Origin: an uncultured Rhodobacterales bacterium
GTDB taxonomy: Bacteria; Pseudomonadota; Alphaproteobacteria; Rhodobacterales; Rhodobacteraceae
Assembly: GCA_903873585.1 (NCBI GenBank)
Contig: CAIQOV010000007.1
Coordinates: forward strand, 1,779 to 65,778
Direction of reading: 5' to 3'
DNA length: 64,000 nucleotides
The first letter of the stretch is position 1; every line of letters begins with the position of its first letter. A program made the position numbers and the translations under genes. The notes under the pieces were generated by a model. That model had not been told where the DNA came from. It ran no database searches and was given only the letters and a program-made list of their open reading frames with translations. Shown in pieces: positions 45,596-53,834 of the stretch.

Positions 45596-47074
45596 TCAGG
45601 TAGACGGAATGGCGTGGCGGGCGATATGCGCCTCGGTGATCTGGTCGGGGCCTAGGGTGGCGCTGATCTTGCCCTCACGCATGACCAAGACGCGGTCGGC
45701 AAGGCGGATCACCTCGGGCAGTTCGGAAGATACGAACAAAACGGCCTTGCCCTCTGCAGCCAGCCGTTCGATCAGGTCGTAAATCTCAGCCTTAGCGCCC
45801 ACGTCGATGCCGCGTGTGGGTTCGTCAAACAGGAAAATCTGGGTGCCCGCGGCCAGCCAACGCCCGATGATGGCCTTTTGCTGGTTGCCGCCTGAAAAGC
45901 TGCCGATCGGGCGCGCCACATCCAAGGGGCGCAGGTTGACTTGGCGCATCAGATCTTCGGTTTTCGCACGCAGCATCGCCCTGCGGATCACCCCAAGGCG
46001 CGAAAAGCGGCGCATCGCGGGCAGGCCGGTGTTCGAGGTGACGGGGCGGTGGCGGATGATGCCGTCGCGCTTGCGTTCTTCGGGCACAAGGCCCAAGCCG
46101 GCCGTGATGCGCGCACGCGGGCCAGCGGGAATAACTGCGCCCGCAACCTCGATGTGACCTGTGTCAGCCCGGTCAACCCCGGCAATCAGGCGCATCAGTT
46201 CGGTGCGGCCAGAGCCTACAAGCCCCGCGATGCCAAGCACCTCTCCGGCGCGCAGGTCAAAGGTTGCGTCTTGCACAGCGCGGCCACGGCTTAGGCCGAT
46301 AACTTTAAGAAGTGTGCGGTTGGTGGCATGGGACTGGTGGGTGGATTTGGCAAGTTCACGCCCCACCATCAGTTCGATCACATCGGAAACTGGCGTGGCG
46401 GGGATAGGCACCTGCGCAATCAAACGACCATCGCGCAGGATGGTGGCGGTCTGGCAAACGCGAAACACCTCATCCATCTTGTGGCTGACGTAGATCACGC
46501 TGACCCCTTGTGCCGACAGCTTGGCAATCACCGCCACCAGCTTTTCAAACTCGGCAGGTGTCAGCGACGAGGTCGGCTCATCCATGGCGATAATCTTGGC
46601 ATTGCCGCGCAAGGCCTTGGCGATTTCCACGATCTGGCGCTGCGCCACGCGCAGGCTGCGGATCGGGGCCGTCACGTCAATCGCGGGATCAAGGGCCGAT
46701 AGCAGGCGTTTGGCTTCAGCCTCTTGTCGGGCGCGGTCGACGAAGATGCCGCGCCGCAGGGCGTGGCCCAGAAAGATGTTCTGCGTAACCGTCAATTCAG
46801 GCACTTGTTGCAGTTCCTGATGGATCATCGCAATGCCCGCCGTCGTTGCATCGCGCGGCGAGGCGATGTGCACCGCGGCCCCGTCAATCGCGATCTGACC
46901 GCTGTCACAGGTAAGAACACCGCACAGGATGTTTAAAAGCGTCGATTTGCCTGCGCCATTCTCGCCCAACAGCCCATGCACTTCGCCGGGTTGCACGGTT
47001 AACGCCACGCCGTGCAAGACTTTGGTTAGCCCGAAGGTTTTTTGCACGTCAGTCAGGGAAAGGCGGGGGGGCAT
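45596..47074 (-). CDS. Monosaccharide ABC transporter ATPase (tandem ABC domains)
   Basis: GENGAGKST, MDEPTSSL, GLVGSGRTE, FSGGNQQK, FDEPTRGIDVGAK. Confidence 0.95.
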   Translation of the reverse strand: MPPRLSLTDVQKTFGLTKVLHGVALTVQPGEVHGLLGENGAGKSTLLNILCGVLTCDSGQIAIDGAAVHIASPRDATTAGIAMIHQELQQVPELTVTQNIFLGHALRRGIFVDRARQEAEAKRLLSALDPAIDVTAPIRSLRVAQRQIVEIAKALRGNAKIIAMDEPTSSLTPAEFEKLVAVIAKLSAQGVSVIYVSHKMDEVFRVCQTATILRDGRLIAQVPIPATPVSDVIELMVGRELAKSTHQSHATNRTLLKVIGLSRGRAVQDATFDLRAGEVLGIAGLVGSGRTELMRLIAGVDRADTGHIEVAGAVIPAGPRARITAGLGLVPEERKRDGIIRHRPVTSNTGLPAMRRFSRLGVIRRAMLRAKTEDLMRQVNLRPLDVARPIGSFSGGNQQKAIIGRWLAAGTQIFLFDEPTRGIDVGAKAEIYDLIERLAAEGKAVLFVSSELPEVIRLADRVLVMREGKISATLGPDQITEAHIARHAIPST

Positions 47075-47131
47075 GGGATAATCCGCAAGGAAAGGGTCTG
47101 CCCGAAACGGTGTTCGGGCAGACCGGTTGGC

Positions 47132-48175
47132 TTACTTCAGCAAAGCGGCGCGCAGGGCGGCCATGTCGCTGGTGGCATAGGTGTCGATATTGTCTTTGGT
47201 GATCAGGGCTTGCGGCGTTGCCACAACGCGGGGCAGCTTTTGCCCCGCCAGCAGGCGCAAGCTTACTTCCAGCGCGATTTCACCGGTCAGAACCGGGAAG
47301 GAGTCAACGGTGCCAGTCAGATCACCCGCTTTGATCGCGGCATAGGCATCTGAAATCCCGTCCGTGCCGAAAACCGCGACTTGGTCTTGCTTGCCAGCGG
47401 CTTTGACAGCTTCAACCACACCCAAAGCCATGCCGTCGTTGTTGGCATAAAAGCCAATCATGTCGGGGTATTGTTGCAAAATGGTGGTGGCGGCGTTGAA
47501 CGCCTCTTCGCGCGACCAGTTGGCAGGCACGGAAGCGACGACTTCAAACTTGCCGTTGGCGTTGATCGTCTCGGTGAAACCGGCGGTGCGCTGGCCTGCG
47601 GCGTAAACGCCCGGCTGCCCTTCGATCACGGCGACTTTGCCGCCTTCGGGGCGGTTGGCGATGAACCAATTGGCCACGTTCACGCCGTTGCCCTTTTGCA
47701 CGTTGCCAACATAATGCTCGGCCGAGGGGATCACGGCGTCATTGACGTTCAGAACCGGAATGCCAGCCGCCTTGGCCTTTTCAACCGCCGGAATCAGGTT
47801 GGCGTCGGTCTGCGGCGACAAAAGCAGGGTCGCAAAGCCTTGGTTGATCAGGTCTTCGGCGATCGAAAGCTGGCCCAGTTGGTCGCCTTCGTTCGCGGCG
47901 GCTTGGTAGACCAGCGTGATGCCCAGCTTGTCAGCGACGTTCTGGTAGCCTTGGCCCAGCGAGCGCCAGTATTCGTTGGTCAGCGTCTTGGACACGCCAC
48001 CGATCTTGGTGCCAGCGGGCGGGGCTGCCAGCGGGCCGAACTTGGCGTCAAGTTCCGACCAATCCATCCGATCCGGCTCAGAGTCGGAATTCAGCGCGGC
48101 AAGGTCAGCATGGGCTGCGCCCATCGACAAAGCCAAGACACCAGCAGCGAGTGCGCCTTTTAGAAAGTGTTGCAT
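47132..48175 (-). CDS. Sugar ABC substrate-binding protein, AlsB/RbsB-like
   Basis: Signal peptide, KTLTNEYW, EGDQLGQL, IEGQPG, ANWSRE, NNDGMALG, GTDG; RBS GGGAGG. Confidence 0.92.
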   Translation of the reverse strand: MQHFLKGALAAGVLALSMGAAHADLAALNSDSEPDRMDWSELDAKFGPLAAPPAGTKIGGVSKTLTNEYWRSLGQGYQNVADKLGITLVYQAAANEGDQLGQLSIAEDLINQGFATLLLSPQTDANLIPAVEKAKAAGIPVLNVNDAVIPSAEHYVGNVQKGNGVNVANWFIANRPEGGKVAVIEGQPGVYAAGQRTAGFTETINANGKFEVVASVPANWSREEAFNAATTILQQYPDMIGFYANNDGMALGVVEAVKAAGKQDQVAVFGTDGISDAYAAIKAGDLTGTVDSFPVLTGEIALEVSLRLLAGQKLPRVVATPQALITKDNIDTYATSDMAALRAALLK

Positions 48176-48220
48176 TTGGATCCTCCCGTTTTCAACACAA
48201 ATTAACAAGATATGGTAAAG

Positions 48221-49216
48221 TTAAGCCGCCAGCGCCCCCTTTGCGACGGCAAGCCGCGCAATATCCAAGGCGATGACGGGGTCTTGGGCAGATTGCGCAT
48301 GGGTCAGGCGGTTGTCGCCCGCCATGGCATGAACGCCCGCCATCAGGCGGCGGACGGTGCGGATATTGGCGGCGCATTCGGCCACCGGATCTAGGCCCGA
48401 CGCATCGGGGAAGGTGTCAAAATAGATCGCCCCGTCAAAGCCCGCGCGGTGCACTTCGCGCAGCAACTCCAGCGTTGCAACTTCGTGAACCGAGGCGACC
48501 ATCAAGCCGTCATCGCGCTTGGCGTAGCCATCGTTCAGGTGCAAACCCAGCAGCTTGCTTTTGCGTGCAATCAAGGCGGCGGCAAAGGCGGGTTGTTCGT
48601 CAGCATACAGCGAATGGGCAAAGTCGATTGTAACGCCCAGGTTGGCAGCCCCCACTTCGCCAATCGCCAAAAGCGTGGTCGATGCATCGTTCAGCAGGCT
48701 GTACGACCGTGGTTCGTTGGGCTTGTATTCTATGGAAATCATGCAGTTGGGATCATGCGCGCACACTTCTGCGATGCCTGAAATCTCGGCCTCCCATAAG
48801 GATGTGTAATCGCATTGAAAAGCGTAGTCGTAGCCATCTTGGCCCAACCACAGCGTCATCATCGGTGCGCCCATCTCGCGTGCGGCATCAATGCCGCGCT
48901 TGGTCAGATCAATCGCCTCGCGTCGCACCGCAGGGTCGGCGTTGGTAAAAGCGCCGCGCATAAATGCGGGGTTGGTGTAAAAGCGCATGGCAAGGCCCGA
49001 AACACCAAGGCCGTGATCCCGCACCATTTGCGCAACCGCTTTTGGATCTGCGCTCACGTGATCGGGATAGTTTAGGTCAAGTTCTGACAACCCATCCACC
49101 GTTGCCGCGCGTGCGACCATTTGCGCAAGCGAGGGCTTGCCCGTCAGCTCTGGCCAATAGGCCAAGGCATTGGAGGCAAACGAATTGATCCGCGTGGCAA
49201 AGCGCTGTCCCAGCAT
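48221..49216 (-). CDS. Xylose-isomerase-family TIM-barrel sugar isomerase
   Basis: GAFTNADPAVRREAI, WLGQDG, IEYKPNEPR, DFAH, HLNDGYAKRDD, YFDTFP metal-ligand motifs. Confidence 0.85.
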   Translation of the reverse strand: MLGQRFATRINSFASNALAYWPELTGKPSLAQMVARAATVDGLSELDLNYPDHVSADPKAVAQMVRDHGLGVSGLAMRFYTNPAFMRGAFTNADPAVRREAIDLTKRGIDAAREMGAPMMTLWLGQDGYDYAFQCDYTSLWEAEISGIAEVCAHDPNCMISIEYKPNEPRSYSLLNDASTTLLAIGEVGAANLGVTIDFAHSLYADEQPAFAAALIARKSKLLGLHLNDGYAKRDDGLMVASVHEVATLELLREVHRAGFDGAIYFDTFPDASGLDPVAECAANIRTVRRLMAGVHAMAGDNRLTHAQSAQDPVIALDIARLAVAKGALAA

Positions 49217-49232
49217 ATGATTCTCCCCTAAA

Positions 49233-49260
49233 CTTCACAAATAAATCAAATTTTGTGAAG
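49233..49260. promoter_or_regulatory. AT-rich palindrome upstream of the sugar operon (candidate RpiR/AlsR operator)
   Basis: CTTCACAAA-N10-TTTGTGAAG, 17-44 nt upstream of the isomerase ATG. Confidence 0.55.
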
Positions 49261-49436
49261 AGGCAAAGAAATTCTGATGCGGCTGTGGCGTAAAAAGACA
49301 GCGCGCACCGCGCCAAGGCGGGGTGGATTGGGCCACGACCCGCCACCTTCGGGGCTAAACCCGTGGCCGCTTGCCCCGTGATCAGGGGCGGTTGGATGTC
49401 ACACGTCTGTTACATCTCTTCGATATTTCCCGAATT

Positions 49437-49769
49437 ATGGATATGCCAAACGCCCTTGCCGCCTTTGATGCGCTGGGTCAGCCCAGTCGGCTGACGGTGT
49501 TTCGTTTGCTGGTGCAAACGGGCGGTGCGGGGCTGGCTGCGGGCGACATTGCCACGCGGCTGGATATGAAACCCAACACCCTATCGACCCATCTGGGCAT
49601 CTTGGAAAGCGCAGGGCTGATTGCGGCGCAACGGCAGGGCCGCTCGATCCGCTATTTCGCCCAGATGGAGGGTCTGCGCGGCCTGATGGCGTGGATGTTG
49701 CAAGATTGTTGCGGCGGCAACCCCGACGCCTGCGCCCCCTTGTTAGATATGATCACTCAAAAAGGCTGA
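49437..49769 (+). CDS. arsR: ArsR-family repressor with C-terminal CC-X6-C arsenite site
   Basis: ALGQPSRLTVFRLL, NTLSTHLGILESAGL, QDCCGGNPDAC. Confidence 0.88.
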   Translation: MDMPNALAAFDALGQPSRLTVFRLLVQTGGAGLAAGDIATRLDMKPNTLSTHLGILESAGLIAAQRQGRSIRYFAQMEGLRGLMAWMLQDCCGGNPDACAPLLDMITQKG

Positions 49770-49773
49770 AAAA

Positions 49774-50274
49774 ATGCAAACCAAACCTTACAACGTGCTG
49801 TTCTTGTGCACCGGCAACTCTGCCCGCTCGATTTTGGCCGAAGCGGTCTTGAACCGCGAGGGCAAGGGTCGCTTTGCCGCCTATTCGGCAGGCTCGCTCC
49901 CCGCAGGTGTGCCCCATCCGCTGGCCATCAGCCTGTTGGAACGCGAAGGCATCGACACGGCCTTTGCCCGTTCCAAAAGCTGGGATGAGTTTGCCACCCC
50001 CGATGCGCCGAAAATGGATTTTGTCTTTACCGTCTGCGACAATGCCGCCGCAGAAGAATGCCCCTACTGGCCCGGTCAGCCGATGACCGCGCATTGGGGC
50101 TTGCCTGATCCGGCGGCAGCCACCGGAACCGATGCTGAAAAGTCATTGGCTTTCGCGGCAACCTACGCCTCGCTGTTGCGCCGCATCCAAGCCTTTTGCG
50201 CCTTGCCCTTGGCCACGATTGACGCGCTTAGCCTGAAATCGCACTTGAAAGACATCGGGGAGAACATCCAGTGA
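49774..50274 (+). CDS. arsC: Arsenate reductase, LMW-PTP (thioredoxin-coupled) type
   Basis: LFLCTGNSARS (CX5R), TVCDNAAAEECPYWPG, HWGLPDP. Confidence 0.9.
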   Translation: MQTKPYNVLFLCTGNSARSILAEAVLNREGKGRFAAYSAGSLPAGVPHPLAISLLEREGIDTAFARSKSWDEFATPDAPKMDFVFTVCDNAAAEECPYWPGQPMTAHWGLPDPAAATGTDAEKSLAFAATYASLLRRIQAFCALPLATIDALSLKSHLKDIGENIQ

Positions 50275-50921
50275 CCCCCCGCGCCATAGTATCCGAGGCG
50301 CTGGGCACGGCCCTGCTGGTGGCCACTGTGATCGGCTCTGCGATCATGGCGCAGGCCCTGACGCAGGATGTGGGCGTGCTTTTGCTGGCCAATGCGCTGG
50401 TAACGGGCGCGATGCTGTTTGTGCTGATCACCGTCTTGGGGCCTTTATCGGGTGCGCATTTCAACCCGCTGGTGACGCTGATCATGGCCGCGCGCCGCGA
50501 TCTGGCTTGGGGCGCGGTGCTGCCCTATATCGGCGCACAGGTCGCGGGGGCCTTGGCGGGGTTGGTTTTGACCCATGCGATGTTTGACCTGTCGCTGGTG
50601 CAAATTTCAACCCATGTGCGCGGCGGGCAGGGGCAGGTCTTGGCCGAAGCTGTGGCGACCTTTGGCCTGATCTTCACGATCTTCGGCGGCATCCATGCCC
50701 GCGCCAATGTGCCTGCCTTGGTGGGCGGCTATATTACGGCGGCTTACTGGTTCACCTCTTCCACCAGTTTTGCCAACCCGATCATGTTGCTGGCGCGGTC
50801 GATGACCAACACACCGTCGGGCATCATCCCCACCGCCACCCCGTCGTTCTTGCTGGCCGAGGTGGTGGGCGGTGCTTTGGCGGCGGTTCTGGCGGGCTGG
50901 CTGTTTGCCAAAGACGCCTAA
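50271..50921 (+). CDS. MIP-family aquaglyceroporin, AqpS-like arsenite channel, with altered NPA motifs
   Basis: SEALGTALL, SGAHFNPLVT, YWFTSSTSFANPIMLLAR; GTGA overlap with arsC. Confidence 0.82.
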   Translation: MTPRAIVSEALGTALLVATVIGSAIMAQALTQDVGVLLLANALVTGAMLFVLITVLGPLSGAHFNPLVTLIMAARRDLAWGAVLPYIGAQVAGALAGLVLTHAMFDLSLVQISTHVRGGQGQVLAEAVATFGLIFTIFGGIHARANVPALVGGYITAAYWFTSSTSFANPIMLLARSMTNTPSGIIPTATPSFLLAEVVGGALAAVLAGWLFAKDA

Positions 50922-50930
50922 GGTCAAAAG

Positions 50931-50958
50931 AAAAACCCCCGGCCTTGCGGACGGGGGT
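50931..50958 (-). terminator. Intrinsic terminator for rpsU
   Basis: Plus strand AAAAACCCCCG-gccttgcgga-CGGGGGT; U-tract on the minus strand. Confidence 0.7.
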
Positions 50959-51046
50959 CAATCGGGTGGGGCCTTGTTTCACAACAAATCCCCCAGTGTT
51001 CGCTGCGTCGGCCTTTGCTCAAGACCGGCGATGTTCAAGCAAAAGC

Positions 51047-51253
51047 TTAAACGCCGCCTTCACGCTGAAGCTTCTTACGCGCAAGTTTCCTTGCACGGCG
51101 GACGGCTTCGGCTTGCTCGCGCGCTTTTTTGACGGAGGGCTTCTCGAAATGTTGCTTAAGCTTCATTTCGCGGAACACGCCTTCGCGCTGCAGCTTTTTC
51201 TTGAGAGCCCGAAGGGCTTGCTCGACGTTGTTGTCACGGACGCTGACCTGCAT
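51047..51253 (-). CDS. rpsU: 30S ribosomal protein S21
   Basis: [25 protein letters not shown]...FEKPS. Confidence 0.98.
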   Translation of the reverse strand: MQVSVRDNNVEQALRALKKKLQREGVFREMKLKQHFEKPSVKKAREQAEAVRRARKLARKKLQREGGV

Positions 51254-51349
51254 GTGGTTGTCACCACCTTCCTAAGTTAGAGTTGCACTAGATGTGCAGG
51301 CTGGACGCGCTTAGCAAAGCCTGCGCAGTTTGTCCACAAGTTCTGGGCG

Positions 51350-52051
51350 GTGGGGGTGATGATGACAGGCGTGGATATGGGTAAAGCGTTGGAAAATCTG
51401 GTGGAATGCGCCCTGCCACATGTGGCGTTTGATGGGTGGTCGCAGGCAGCACTGACGGCGGCTGCGGCTGATTCGGGGCTGTCATTGGCCGATGTGCAAG
51501 CCTTGGTGCCGCGCGGCGGGGTTGATCTGGCGCTGGCCTATCACCGCTTGGGCGATGCGCGCATGGTGGCGGCCCTTGCCTCGCATGATTTACAAGCGCT
51601 GCGCTTTCGCGACCGTGTGACCTTGGCCATCCACCTGCGCTTGGAAGGTGCCGATGCCGAGGCGGTGCGCCGTGGCACTGCCCTGTTCGCTTTGCCGCTA
51701 TATGCCGCCGACGGCGCGCGCGCTTTGTGGGGCACGGCGGATGCGATCTGGGTGGCTTTGGGTGATACATCGACGGATGTGAACTGGTATTCCAAACGCG
51801 CCACCTTGTCAGCGGTCTATGCCGCGACAGTGCTGTATTGGCTGGGCGATGACAGTGCCGATCACGAAGCAACTTGGGCGTTTCTCGACCGCCGGATTGC
51901 CAATGTCATGGCCTTTGAAAAGGCCAAGGCGGGCTTCACCGCCACCCCCTTGGGCAAGGCTTTGATGGCAGGGCCATTGGCCTTGTTTGACCGCATCCGC
52001 GCGCCAAGTGCTGCGCAAGATTTGCCCGGCTATCACTCAAAGGGCCTATAA
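51350..52051 (+). CDS. COQ9 family protein (start uncertain; ATGs at 51359 and 51377)
   Basis: HVAFDGWS, RFRDRV, ADAIWVALGDTSTDVNWYSKRATLSAVY, FLDRRIANVMAFEK. Confidence 0.9.
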   Translation: MGVMMTGVDMGKALENLVECALPHVAFDGWSQAALTAAAADSGLSLADVQALVPRGGVDLALAYHRLGDARMVAALASHDLQALRFRDRVTLAIHLRLEGADAEAVRRGTALFALPLYAADGARALWGTADAIWVALGDTSTDVNWYSKRATLSAVYAATVLYWLGDDSADHEATWAFLDRRIANVMAFEKAKAGFTATPLGKALMAGPLALFDRIRAPSAAQDLPGYHSKGL

Positions 52052-53044
52052 ATGACGATGTCTCATGAAATGCGCGCAATTGCGATCACCGAATCCGGCG
52101 GGCCAGAGGTGTTGCAGCCCTGCCTTGTGCCCGTTCCCGTGCCTAGCCATGGGCAAATCATCATCCGTTTGGCCTATGCCGGTGTGAACCGCCCCGATGC
52201 ACTGCAACGCGCGGGGTCTTATGCGCCCCCCGTTGGGGCATCGCCGTTGCCGGGGTTGGAATGTTCGGGCACGGTGGTGGCTGTGGGGCCGGGTTGCACG
52301 CGCTATACAGAGGGCGATCAGGTTTGCGCCCTGCTGCCCGGTGGCGGTTACGCCGAATACGCCGCCTGTGCCGAGGCGCACGCCCTACCCATCCCGCAGG
52401 GCCTGTCGCTGCGCGATGCGGCCTGTTTGCCGGAAACCTGCTTTACCGTCTGGTCGAATGTGGTGATGCGCGGCGGGCTAAAGGCGGGTGAGCGGTTCTT
52501 GGTGCATGGCGGCACTTCTGGCATTGGGGTTACGGCCATTCAGATTGCCAAAGCCCTAGGCGCGCGGGTGTTTGCCACGGCGGGCAGTGATGACAAAGTG
52601 CGCATCTGCGAAGAGCTGGGCGCGGAATCTGCCCTGAACTACCGCACGCAAGACTGGGCGCAAATTCTGCGCAAGGCGGGCGGGATGAACCTGATCCTCG
52701 ATATGGTGGGCGGCACCTACCTGCCGCAAAACCTGCGCAGCTTGGCCGATGACGGGCGGCTGGTGCAAATCGCCTTCCTGCAAGGGGCCAAGGTCGAGGT
52801 GAACTTTGCCGAACTGATGATGCGCCGCCTGACGCTGACGGGATCAACCCTGCGCCCGCAATCCGACCTTGCCAAAGCCCGCATCGCCGCCGAAGTCGAG
52901 GCGCATGTCTGGCCCTTGGTTGCCGCTGGCAAGGTCAAAGTCGTGCTGGATAGCGAATTCCCCCTGACCGAAGCCGCCGCCGCCCATGCCCGTATCGAAG
53001 CCCCGGGGCATATCGGCAAGATCGTGCTAAAGGTGCAGGGCTAG
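52052..53044 (+). CDS. NAD(P)H-quinone oxidoreductase, PIG3 family (zinc-independent MDR)
   Basis: GVNRPDALQRAG, PGLECSG, GGGYAEY, HGGTSGIG, GSTLRP, GKIVL. Confidence 0.9.
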   Translation: MTMSHEMRAIAITESGGPEVLQPCLVPVPVPSHGQIIIRLAYAGVNRPDALQRAGSYAPPVGASPLPGLECSGTVVAVGPGCTRYTEGDQVCALLPGGGYAEYAACAEAHALPIPQGLSLRDAACLPETCFTVWSNVVMRGGLKAGERFLVHGGTSGIGVTAIQIAKALGARVFATAGSDDKVRICEELGAESALNYRTQDWAQILRKAGGMNLILDMVGGTYLPQNLRSLADDGRLVQIAFLQGAKVEVNFAELMMRRLTLTGSTLRPQSDLAKARIAAEVEAHVWPLVAAGKVKVVLDSEFPLTEAAAAHARIEAPGHIGKIVLKVQG

Positions 53045-53182
53045 CCCGCAGGCCCTACCACCAAAGCGGACACGCTTTCGCCAAAACGGGTCCGCTTGAT
53101 TGGTGTCGGATTGTTAACAAAAGTGCTATTGAAAGGTATTTCAATTCGGTGAAAGATACCAAAAACCCTGCTACCAGATAGA

Positions 53183-53210
53183 TTGACCTGTTACATTTAA
53201 AGGCTAAAAG
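53183..53210 (+). promoter_or_regulatory. Candidate sigma70 promoter of the secreted-protein gene
   Basis: TTGACC-16 nt-TAAAAG within an AT-rich block (53101-53210) that also carries palindromes TTGTTAACAA and ATTGAAA-N4-TTTCAAT. Confidence 0.4.
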
Positions 53211-53257
53211 CGGCGCGCGTTCCATCTTGGATGCTCTGAACACACGGAAATGATATC

Positions 53258-53656
53258 ATGAAAAAATTCCTCTTGGTTGCTGGCGTTGCCGCTGTCGCAA
53301 CAATCGGCGCTTCGGCTGCTATGGCTGGCGAATGCTCGGTCGCGTCGCTGAAAGGCCACTACACCTATTGGCTGCAAGGCTATGACGCCGAAGGCAAGCC
53401 CTACGCTGAAGTCGGTCAAGAACACTTCGACGGCGCTGGCGCTGTTGCGACCATCACCGGCGTTGCTGGCGCTGCCGAGCCGACCGCTGACAAAGGCACT
53501 TACACCGTTGCTGACGATTGCACCGGCACCGTGACCTACGAGTCGGGCGCTATCGACAAGATCTTCATCGCACCGTCGGGCGACAGCTTCGTGTTCTCCA
53601 GCGCTGTTGCAGGCGTGATCCAGTCGGGTGAAGACACCCGCGTGGACATGGACTGA
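53258..53656 (+). CDS. Small secreted beta-rich hypothetical protein with a Cys pair
   Basis: Signal peptide ending AMA/GE, ECSVASLKGHY...FDGAG...GTYTVADDCTGT, strong codon bias, own terminator. Confidence 0.85.
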   Translation: MKKFLLVAGVAAVATIGASAAMAGECSVASLKGHYTYWLQGYDAEGKPYAEVGQEHFDGAGAVATITGVAGAAEPTADKGTYTVADDCTGTVTYESGAIDKIFIAPSGDSFVFSSAVAGVIQSGEDTRVDMD

Positions 53657-53667
53657 TCTAAGACTTG

Positions 53668-53704
53668 CCCTGCCGCGCCCGTGAAGGGGGCGGCAGGGAG
53701 TTTT
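53668..53704 (+). terminator. Intrinsic terminator after the secreted-protein gene
   Basis: CCCTGCCG...CGGCAGGG-AG-TTTT. Confidence 0.75.
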
Positions 53705-53834
53705 GCGTCATCCGACCTATTCCCGACCGATTTGTCCATTCAAGTCTGCTGGCGCGCGTCAAGCGCATGATCCTTTCCCCGCGCCGTTGCATCGCCCTTT
53801 GGCCCGTGCAACGATGGCTTGTTAAGGGGGGGCT

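Noticed and set aside
53053-53063. CCCTACCACCA as a possible attR copy of the tRNA 3' end
   Set aside because: Only about 11 nt with a gap, no T-arm sequence, and it would place the core rpsU-COQ9-qor genes inside the island
53128-53145. FnrL box upstream of the secreted protein
   Set aside because: The spacing is TTGA-N8-TCAA, not TTGAT-N4-ATCAA; kept only as an unassigned palindrome
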